Of a DNA stretch of 64,000 bases, positions 53,690-64,000 are shown one piece after another; position 1 is the first letter of the stretch; every line of letters begins with the position of its first letter. The notes beneath the pieces were generated by a model, which had not been told where the DNA came from, made no database searches, and saw only the letters and a program-made list of their open reading frames with translations. Where the stretch lies: the NCBI GenBank assembly GCA_951406725.2, contig OX597820.1, positions 87,234,001 through 87,298,000 of the forward strand, in the 5' to 3' direction. The translations under genes and the position numbers were made by a program. The stretch is from Octopus vulgaris. Its lineage: Eukaryota.

Positions 53690-54110
53690 TAGTTTGCTGC
53701 TTTCAAAATGTTTGATCATCTTTTCAAGTTACTTCTATGAAATAGTAACATGTATTCTTCATTCGATGAACATGGTGGGTATTTTAATAAAAGATAAGTT
53801 TTGCTATTAAAACGTTTGAGCATTTCAACTAATTCTTATAATAATATAACATCATTTATTCTTCGTTCGATGTTCGATATATTGCATATGTATGGTGAAT
53901 ATTTTAACAAAAAACATGTTTGTTGCTCAGAATGGTTGAGCAGTTAAATTTACTTCTATAATAAGCAACATTCTTCATTCGATGTTCGATTTACTGCAAG
54001 ACCATAAGGAATATTTTAATAAGAAATAAGTTTTGCTATTGAAATGTTTCGGCAATTTTTCACGTTATTTCTAGTCTAAAAGATTTATTCTTCATTCGAT
54101 ATACTGCATA
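53690..54110. repeat. Degenerate ~110-bp tandem repeat (~4 units)
   Basis: attcttc(a/g)ttcgat recurs at ~53754, 53858, 53970 and 54087, with similar gaatattttaa...ttttgct segments between. Confidence 0.65.
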
Positions 54111-54406
54111 TATCGCTATTGTTGCCAACATATCACCACATACACTTTCGGTTACAAATGTATAATGTGTGTGTGAATGTGTATGCGTGTGTGAGTGTGT
54201 GCTCATCTTGAGGTATGTATCTGTCGGTCTCCATCACTTATTCTCTCTCACCCCCCCTCTCTCTCTCTCTGTGGATGTCTTAATATGAGCCTATCACAGA
54301 CAGCCGCAGACATTTTATTTCTCTTTTTCTATCGATCTCTCTATCTATTAATGTATTTATCTATCTATTTCTCTACCTATCCATCAGTCTATCTATCAGT
54401 CTGTCT

Positions 54407-54440
<34 letters not shown>

Positions 54441-54739
54441 CCGTCCATCCATCCATCCATCCATCCATCCATCCATCCATCTATCTATCTATCTAACTAT
54501 CTATCTTCCTGTCTATCAGCCTTTTTGTCTATCTACCTCCTTATCTCTGTTTATATATGTATGTATAAATGTACGAGTTAGTATCTCTAATGGGAGAACA
54601 TGAGGTGCTCTTTGAAGTAGCTCTTCCGCTTTGATCCTCACCTGACGCCTGGCTCTCACTTGTAGCCCCTCGAAGCTGTCTGCATGCAACGGCGGGTACA
54701 CCCCTGGAAACGGCTTCCACAGACCAGCTAAACCAACTG

Positions 54740-55570
54740 AATGAAAGGCTGCCGTATATTAAAACAACCTGCCACTTGCTATTGCGTTTAAAATACTGGT
54801 GAAGGGTGTCAGTATTAGGATATCAAATTTGTCCTTGAATAAAGATATTTTCGACAGCGAGGCTCCCTATTACAACGTGGCTTTAGTGGCCAGCGTGTTT
54901 AAGTACCTCATCTCCTATATGCCGGGACCTAAAACCCAAAAAACCGCCACTGTAAAGTCTTTTGATTTCCCTTACCTTTATCACTGTACGCTAAAACCTG
55001 CGTGGGAAAGATCTTCCTTAAATTAGTGGATACGAATTTCACACAATTCCATAAGTATGGACGATCCCAACATAAGGATCTCATTCAGGTGTGCACACAG
55101 AGTAAAAAGATTTTAGTGGATGCCCCTAAATCCCGCACAGAGGCAGGATGCTCATGTGGGGTGAGGACTGTGGTCTATGTCGCAGTGGTGGTGTCTGGCA
55201 GTAGCAACAGCAACGGCAGTAGTAATAGCAGCAGCTGCAACAATAACAGAAGCACGAAAAACGTAGGGACACATACACAGAAATATGTTGGAGCAATGAC
55301 TAAATAACCCCATGTCCTCATTTAGGATCCCAGAAGGGCGCAACTTCATGGCATTGGCCACCTATACATGGCAATTAAAAGAAGAGAGAACGCCATACAA
55401 GATTAAATAGAAGCTCCGGGAACCTGGGCCATACCTCAACGGAAGCAGATGATGCAAATTTTTCTCGACTGAGAGGGCAAGGATCTTAAAATATTTGCTT
55501 GATATGGTGCCTTTTTAAATTCAAAAAGGGAAATTTCTAATCGGTGCCCTCATGATAAAAATTCATGTTA
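54740..55570 (+). pseudogene. Decayed Penelope-like element (RT thumb, linker, GIY-YIG)
   Basis: VSIRISNLSLNKDIFDSEAPYYNVALVAS; GKIFLKLVDTNF; TVVYVAVV...KYVG; YTWQLKEERTPYKIK. Confidence 0.75.
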
Positions 55571-56234
55571 GAAACGTGGGCTTTCCTGCTTGTTGACTAA
55601 TGAATGGAAAACATAGATAAACTGAATCTTTTTGGACACAACTGGGAGAGCTAACTCCGTCTCTCCCATATGTAGTTTTCACTTCGAAAAAGATTTGACT
55701 TCAGGAGGGGGTTCGTGATCTAATTGGCCAACACTGATTTTCATTTCCACGGGAAAAAAAGTTATGTGCTCCCGACCAGCAGATCTGCTGTGTTACCTAT
55801 ATTGTAAAGTGCAATAACAGACGTGAAACCAATGGTAATTTTCTGACCCGACGACTTTATAATATATATGTGGGGATGAGGTATGTATATATATGAAAAG
55901 GCGTGTAGCATTGTGGTGGAGATATTCGGCTCAGGATTGTAAGGTCGTGAGTCCGGTGTGTCTTTGAGCAATGTACTTTATTTCATGATGCTCCAATACA
56001 TTCAGCATTCAGCAAAAATGAGTAGTACCTGTCTTTGAAAACTGAGTAAACCTTGCCTTGTCACATTGTGTCATACTGAATCTCCCGAAATATGAAAGGT
56101 ACGCGTGTCTGTGGATTGCTCAACCACTTGCACGTTAATTTCACGATCAGACTGGAACAGACGTCGTAGTAACCGACGGAGTGCCTGTTACACACACATT
56201 TACTGAATATTATGAAAGAAGTGACAGACACAGT

Positions 56235-56380
56235 GAGACGCTTTCTCGCGCAAATAGGTAACTACTTCCCAAGTTTAGATAAATATCTCAAAATATACAA
56301 TACAAACACTTTCAAAGTTAGCTATACTTGCCTCTCAAACATAGGTTCACAAATCTTCAACCACAGCAAAAAGCATTAAG
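56235..56380 (+). pseudogene. PLE linker-region fragment
   Basis: RFLAQIGNYFPSLDKYLKIYNTNTFKVSYTCLSNIGSQIFNHSKK. Confidence 0.6.
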
Positions 56381-56544
56381 TTGAAGTAACTCCCCACTAC
56401 TACTACGTAACTTCAGATCCTCCAGAACTTATTCCCTAAATAATATATGCCCCTCAGGAGGAACTATTATAGATACATACATACACATAGATACATACAT
56501 ACAGACAGACATATACTCGCGCGCGTGTGTGTATGTGTGCATGC

Positions 56545-56862
56545 ATGCCTAGATACCAAGCTGGTTGACTTGTCCATGATAACAGAGATTGCGCGTCAGT
56601 GACTCGTACCCAGAGTTCTTCCACCTGAAGAATTGCTTTGCCCTGCCTTAGATTTTTTTCTCGCTACACAGTACGCTATGTCACTCTCTCACAGACCGCA
56701 TCAGCAATACTGATGACACCGTCCGGCGCTGTGCTGAACTGATCTGCAATATCAATTTTGACAGCATCGGCTGGCAACAGGTTAAACTGCTTGTTAAATT
56801 CGGTGGCCTAGGCCACCGTTCTGCATTGGACTTGGCTCTGCTGGCCTACCTTTCCTCGATCT
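56545..56862 (+). pseudogene. CRE-clade non-LTR retrotransposon RT C-terminal fragment
   Basis: FFHLKNCFALP and INFDSIGWQQVKLLVKFGGLGHRSALDLALLAYLSS resemble the CRE W.QA.LP..GGLG.R...LA.PA.L.S motif. Confidence 0.6.
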
Positions 56863-57113
56863 TCTCACTGTGTCTGTCACCTTATTCATAATATATGATA
56901 AATGAGTGTGTTACACGCACTCTGTCGGTTACGACGACAATTGCTCCAGCCTCACGTGAAATTAACGTGCAGCCTAATACAGACAAGGCTGGCCATTTGA
57001 ATTATAGGTACATCTCATTTTGCCAGCTGAGTGGAGTGGAGCAACGTGAAATAAAGTGTCTTGCTGAAGGACACAACACAAGGTCCGAGAAACAAACTCG
57101 CAACCTAAATATC

Positions 57114-57513
57114 TTTTTCTACTCAAGGCACAAGGCCTGAAATTTTAAGGGAGGGGGAAGTCAATTAGATCGACCCCAGTACGCAACTGGTACTTAATTT
57201 ATCGACCCCGAAATGATGAAAGGCTAAGTCGATCTCGGCGGAATTTGAACTCAGAACGTAAAGACAGACGAAATACCTATTTCTTTACTACCCACAAGGG
57301 CTAAACATAGAGTGAACAAACAAGGACAGACAAAGGGATTAAGTCGATTACATCGACAACAGTGCGTAACTGGTACTTAATTTATCGACCCCGAAAAGAT
57401 GTAAGGCAAAGTCGACCTCGGCAGAATTTGAACTTAGAACGTAACGGCAGACGAAATACTGCTAAGCATTTCGCCCGGCGTGCTAACGATTCTGCCGGCT
57501 CGCCGCCTTATCA
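57114..57513 (-). mobile_element. Dimeric SINE family A insertion with a 13-bp TSD
   Basis: caacctaaatatc at 57101-57113 and 57514-57526; a full copy plus a second headless copy with a different tail. Confidence 0.8.
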
Positions 57514-57960
57514 CAACCTAAATATCATTAGGTCCTCTATTGAAACCACACTTTCACACACCTTCACAGTACCACACACCTTCACAGTACCACACACCGT
57601 CACAGTAAAATAAAGGAAAAAAAGAAAGAAGAACAATAGACGCAGATATGGCTGTAGGGATCCATAAATTTCAATTGCAATAAATAATATTTTTATAATT
57701 TTTTTCTATATAATTCCTAATAACATTTAATTATCAAAATATTATAGGACTTTTTAAAGATCGAATGACTAGGAGGCTTCATCCGAATAAAATCGGAATG
57801 AATGGTTCTACATAGGTAAAAAAAATTGTTGAGAAACACTGCTTTATATTAACTCTTACCAATTTACATCCTTTCTTTCTCCTCTCTTAACATAATTAAT
57901 TTTGGTTAAATACCTAAATACCTGTAGATTATCTACAAATATGTTTGTATGTCATTCCAT

Positions 57961-58220
57961 AAAAAAATAAATGCGCCCTTTTAAAGCCTAGCCAGGCTCA
58001 TGGGCCCGATTTCCCGGTTTCTATGGCGTATGTGTTCCCCAGCTGGACGGGACGCCAGTCCATCGCAGCGTTACTCATTTTTGCCAACTGAGTGGACAGG
58101 AGCAACGGGAAATGAAGTGTTTTGCTCAAGAACACAACGCGTTGCTCGGTCCAGGAATCGAAACCACGATCTTACGATCATGATGCTGACACTCTAACCA
58201 CTAAGCCACGTGCCTCCACT
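57961..58220 (-). mobile_element. tRNA-headed SINE with a V-domain-like core
   Basis: Minus strand tggcttagtggttagag head and gcgatggactggcgtcccgtccag core; flanked by tgtcattccat / tgccattccat. Confidence 0.8.
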
Positions 58221-58403
58221 GCCATTCCATAGTTAGGTATTAAATTCCCCCTAATTATGTAAACAATTGAATGTCGCCCAAATGCCTGCTAGATTTATTT
58301 AAAGGTACTTAGTATCAAATGTGGATAGTGTGTGCGATTATATAGATTCAAAAAAGCAACCGATACTCATCTAAAATCTTCTAGCATTAAACGTTGGTAC
58401 TCA

Positions 58404-59169
58404 GGCGGAATTCTGTTTTAACCACCCCATATAACCCCTCATAACTTGTTTGCTTTTTGGAATTTTCAGAAAATCTTTGCGAATTTCTGTTCTACACACG
58501 GAAATCCATACAACTATGCAAAAACTGAAAAAAAAAAATGTTGTTTGATTTAATGGGTGTTTCACTGTTATTTTTAGCACATCTCACGACCACCCCATAC
58601 CATCCTTGTTTGTTTGACACCCTGCAGTATTGATGTTTTTCAATATTTCCCCCCATCCCGCCATAACACAGTTAATGGCCTATTGCTGTGATTTAAGCCA
58701 TGATTTCGGACTGTCCGTATTTTACACTGTGATCTAAAAAAAACAAATGCGCCCTTTTAAAACCTAGCCAGGTTCATGGGCCCGATTTCCCGGTTTCAAT
58801 GGCGTATGTGTTCCCCAGCTGGACGGGACGCCAGTCCATCGCGGCGTTACTCATTTTTGCCAGCTGAGTGGACTGGGGCAACGTGAAATGAAGTATTTTG
58901 CACAAGAACACAACGCGTCGCCCGGTCCAGGAATCGAAACCACAATCTTACGACCATGGTGCTGACACTCTAACCACTAAGCCACGCACCTCAACTGTCA
59001 TTCCATCTAAAAAGGAAAAAAATTCGAATTTTTTTTTTTTTTAATTTCTTTTATCGTCGTATGAATTCCCGTGTGTAGAACACAAATTCACAAAAAATTT
59101 CTGAAAATTCCAAAAATTAAAAAAAAAGTTCTAAGAGGTTATATAGCATGCTTAAAGCACGACTCCGCC
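58404..59169. mobile_element. Palindromic non-autonomous element (~135 bp inverted arms) interrupted by a SINE at ~58741-59007
   Basis: 58404-58540 is a reverse complement of 59030-59169; the inner SINE is near-identical to 57961-58220. Confidence 0.75.
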
Positions 59170-59854
59170 GATATTTAATTACACTTCAATAAGTTCTGAG
59201 TTCAAATCACACTATAATCAATTATTTATCGTCCTTCTGGGTTTCCAAGTATCAACAATGCGCTAGTGTTGATTTTAGCAATAACAGCCGCGCCCTTATC
59301 TCTTTCAAAAAACCCGTGACCTTGTGCCAAAGTAAAAAAAAATTATCCTGAAACCACATGCTTGACAATCAGATGTTCGTGACTGTCATTAAATATGGGA
59401 TGGGAGATATATAAGAACGTCCACGACATGATGTATATTAATCTAATACTTTAAATATTTATAGTTAATAACAGGGGACATTAGGAAAGAATAATCATGG
59501 TTTGCATGTGTATGAGTTCGTATGTGTGTGTGTGTGTGCGTGTGTGAGTGTGTGTGTGAATAATACATACATACATATATATATGTTTATGGCGGGAGAG
59601 TGTACGCATGCGTGGAGATATGTTGAGATCAGAATGCATGGTTAAACTAAAAATAATCCTAAAGAAGATTAACAGAAGAATAATGTGGATTATATCAAAC
59701 AATTAAAGATTAATACTTCAAATGAAAAACATATTTTTCAGTTGAAGATTTTGTGAGAGCCATTTCTCTGAACAGCTTCAATAAGAATCTTATATTATTT
59801 ATTTATTCCATTTGCTAATTTATTTGTTTATTCATATGCTATTTATTATTATTA

Positions 59855-59907
<53 letters not shown>

Positions 59908-61085
59908 GCTGTTGTTGTTATTTTGCACAGAGAAATGTTCAATGGTTTTAAATCTTAGAGTTTTTTTTCTATTATGCATGAAAAGTTGTCGTTATCATTA
60001 ATATTATTGTGATCAGTGCTGAAAACCCGTACATTATTATCTTTTCTTTAAAAAAAAAATAATAATAAAGCAACATCACCAACAAGAACTGCAACATCCC
60101 CACCACCACCACCAACAACAACAACAACAGCAACAGCAACAACAGCAATAACAGCTATTCACTAAACGCACATGTGTGAATGTAAGTCTGTAATAGAAGT
60201 GTATTGGGGCATATTCTGGCTATATTAAAAGAAATGTGCTCACAAATGTACAAATCTGATTTTTCCATTTCTGGTAAGGAAATGGGATTGTAGACTGAGT
60301 GAGATTAACAGATGAAATTCATTTCCTTAATGATAAAATGAATATTTGGTGTCATAAGACTGAATTTTTAAAGAATACAAATAAAATGTTAGCGCTACAC
60401 TCGAGATTTTTAACAAGCATTTCGCGAGGAGAAAATTTTATTTTTTACATGATTTTTTTGCCGCTATTTTATTATTAATATATAATATTGATGTATGTGT
60501 CTAAATGGTTGTTTGTTTTTGTCCTGAAATAATTTCTATAAAAGTTTCTACGAACAATAATTAAAATTATTGTTATTTATAGGAGCGATGGTTTGTGTCA
60601 AAGTTCTTAGAACACCATGCAAAATGATTTCCGGTATTTAGCTACATGGCTTTACTTTGAATTTCGAACCACGATAAGGTCAACTTTACCTTTCATCTTT
60701 CCGAGATACTTAATAAAGTATCAATCAATTTACCAGGATCGTTGTGATCCACAATACTTCCCCCGCATCGTAGCGTGGACTGACGTTTATATAAGAATTA
60801 ATATTGTTTCTACTTATTTCTCCTACGCACTAGTAAAGGTAAATAAGATCAATTGTTTGACCTACCTTGATTACGTGAATGGCTGAAAATATGCCACTTT
60901 TTACCGCATCTTTTCGAAACGAAGGAAGACATCAACAACACTTTCAAATTATGTATGGAAATTTAAGTACAAAGAAATTAACAATTTTAGCATTTTCGGT
61001 GATGTAATGAATCGAATAAACCATATACTAATGATTTTAAGAACTATACTTAAAGCAGCTGATCTCGAGTAGAGAGAGCATGTCA

Positions 61086-61115
61086 CTGAAGAGGTCGCTG
61101 GAGGCGACGAAATAA
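61086..61115 (+). ncRNA. Truncated hammerhead-like motif
   Basis: CTGAAGA-G-GTCGC-tggag-GCGAC-GAAA-TA; stems I and III not supported. Confidence 0.45.
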
Positions 61116-62036
61116 CTTTGGTAGATACAACTGAATGGTTAACTAACTGAATGATTTAAGTAATCGACTACTTATTGGTTAGATAGCTAACCAATTGACA
61201 AATAATAATAAAGAAGTGAAAGTTAGCAAGTACGTGTGTTCATTATTAACGTAATGACCCTCCCGAGATACTACAGAAAAGGCGTGTGTTTTATTTTATA
61301 TATATATATATAAGTGAACCTTTGTCATTACTTAAAAAATAAAGAAAATAGTATGCAGATGCATTGACAGATATATCTGTTAATATGTGATTACAAGTAT
61401 ATATTGTTGATGCTGATATAAATTTTTCGTGGCTAATTTTCATAGGACGATGGAACCATAACACTGCACTAATTAATTGGATTTCATTTAAAATACAAAA
61501 ATTCCTAGGCTTCATGCAAATCCATTGGTACATTGTTCTTGGCACTATGATTAATAGATATGAACGAGAATGATGTGTATGTATGTATGTATGTACATAC
61601 ACTTGTATGAATGTGTGTATCTAACAATGTATGTGTGCATTCATGTAAGTATTTATGTATATGTGTTTATAAATATGTATGAATGTTTGTATGTGTGTAC
61701 ATATGCACGTATGTATGCATGCATAAGTGGTTGGATTGATAGGTCTGTATGCATTTATGAGTAATATATATTTGTGTGCATACATGTTTATGTATGTACG
61801 TATGTATGTATACGTGTATATTGATATCAATGTAGACACAGAGGGATATAAAAGGAGAAAAAAGAAAGGAAAGATAGAAGGTATATAGATGGATACACAC
61901 ACAGACACACACACACAAACACGACAGACTGACAGACAGACAAACAAACAGACAGACAGACAGATAGATACATTGATACATAGATAGGTAGGTATGTATT
62001 TAGGTAGGTAGGTAGGTAGGTAGGTAGGTAGGTAGG

Positions 62037-62128
<92 letters not shown>

Positions 62129-63039
62129 CATAACTAAAATATTAATAGAAAACTGTAGCAGTCGTAGTAGTGTTAGACATCCACAATGTTGTTATTTGGT
62201 ATATAATCAATGTTATTTGATTCAATTGTATACCATCCATTGAAAACTTGTAACCTAAGGAGGTCGTAGGTGCACAGCAATTGTATTACACTGATTTAAA
62301 TGTATGTCATTACCTTCGTCATAAAAAACGTATTGATCTTCTTCATCTTACTTTTTTGTATATGTTCCCACTATGTGTCAGCTATATCATTTGTGTGATA
62401 CAAGTCTTATTTAAATTTTAGCAACTTGAAAGGCGAAAAACAAATAGGATGCCCTTTCGTTTTATGCTGTTAAATTTTTTAAATAATCAAGTGTATTATA
62501 AAAATGCCCATATAAATAAATATATATCATATCTAAATCATTAAATGCACAAAAATAATACTGAATGAAAATTCATACAAAGTATCATTTCCAGAATGTA
62601 TTAGAAGTTCTTTGCACAATACGCTAGTTCACGTTCATATTTTCCAAGTCATCTTCAGCTGTATTTCTGTGGTACTCCCATATGGAACAGTCAATAAAAA
62701 TTAATTCTATTGCTGAGAATTGCCTGATTGAATTTTAATTGATTATATGCTTCCATATAGACACAGGCATGGTTAGATGGTAAGAAGTTTGTTTTCCATT
62801 TACATGGTTCCGGATTCAGTATCACCGTACAACACCATGGGCAAGTGTCATCTACTATAGCCCCAGGCTGACCAATGCCTTGTTAGTGGATTTGGTAGGC
62901 GGAAACTGGAAGAAGCCCATCGTATATCTGTGTGTACGTGTGTATCTGTGTCTGCGTGTTTGTGTATCTGTGTGTCTGTGTGTCTGTGTGTCTGTGTGTC
63001 AAATCTATTCGAACCGATTTTGTTGCCTGTTACTGTAAA

Positions 63040-63960
63040 GGTAAGGTTCTCGACGGTGGCGGCACCGCCCCATGAGCGCGTCAAAGTGAGTGTTAGGATT
63101 TAAGGAGCAGTGACGGGGTGATGAGGCAATACAATTGACATATTAAATTTTACCTATAGTAGTAATTATATTATACATGATAAAACTAGTAATGGTTATT
63201 AAAATGAGAGATAAGTAAGTATATAAGATATATTTGAAGAAGAATAATTAACTTTTAATATGATCTTTCTGTCTTGAATAGCACTTTATAGGTACATGAT
63301 CCTGCTTGTCTTCTTCGTATATTTTAATCTCCATTATATTCTGTTTAATGATAAAATTATATATAACTGCTGTGTGCGTTACTCCTTTAAAAATTTTGAA
63401 ATGAGTGGAAAAGAAAGTGCTGTCAGTACTCGGATGAATATTTGAAATATGGATTTATTCCTTCTATAAATAATGAGCAATTGCTACTGTGTTTAATATG
63501 TGAAAAAACGTTCGTTTTCAAATGAAACAATGGAGCCTTCAAGAATGATTGAACATTTACAAAAATGCATCCAGATAAAGCCGGAAAGATTGGGACTACT
63601 TTCACCTAATGAAACCGGTTTTAAAAATCGTTTTACTTTCAAGGGTTGTTTACTAAACTAACAAAGTAGAGAAGAGTTTGTTATTTCTTATAAACTTTTA
63701 AAATTAATTGTGAAATGTGGAAAACCACATAGTATTGGCGAAACTCTTCTCTTACCAACAGTAAATGAAGTTTTGGATACTATAACCTGCCCAAGTAAAA
63801 GCTTTATAACAGCATCAATTCTTCTCAGTAATAATAGTAGAGATGCGGAAAAAATATGACATAGTGAAAGGTGTGGAAAGTAAACTATGTGATGCTTTAG
63901 AAAACGAAGAATTTTCTTAACAACTTGATGAGTCAACATTATGCGACAATCTATCTTTGC
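63040..63960 (+). pseudogene. Decayed hAT (Buster/ZBED5-like) transposon 5' part with a BED finger
   Basis: QYSDEYLKYGFIPS...CLICEKT(F)SNETMEPSRMIEHLQKMHPDK; KCGKPHSIGETLLLP; FS*QLDEST; terminus-like ggttctcgac at ~63044. Confidence 0.8.
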
Positions 63961-64000
63961 TAATGTTAATTTATCTTTGCTAATCTACCTTTGCTAATAT

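Noticed and set aside
53690-54110. CRISPR-like repeat-spacer array
   Set aside because: The intervening segments are themselves similar, so this is a degenerate tandem repeat; the context is eukaryotic and there are no cas genes.

Overview
AT-rich, repeat-saturated eukaryotic DNA. The tRNA-headed SINE families and the very dense (TA)n/(TACA)n/(GATA)n/(TAA)n microsatellites point to an octopus/coleoid cephalopod intergenic or intronic region (inference). I found no host gene. Recognisable coding content is all transposon-derived: one apparently intact R4/Dong-type RLE non-LTR retrotransposon (1229 aa ORF, 24937-28626), a young 5'-truncated RTE LINE with two lesions, and decayed Penelope-like (PLE), HERO-like, CRE-like, Gypsy, mariner, hAT and Chapaev-like elements. 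The most striking signal is not in the ORF track: at least 14 full or partial type I hammerhead-ribozyme (HHR) motifs, many with self-complementary (palindromic) stem III. They lie in short non-coding units that mostly abut TA-type microsatellites and often sit in inverted- or direct-repeat cassettes. One four-copy family has a shared non-canonical core (A6->U). These look like PLE pLTR- or retrozyme-like self-cleaving RNA elements. All folds were read by eye, and element boundaries are approximate unless a terminus or TSD is given.
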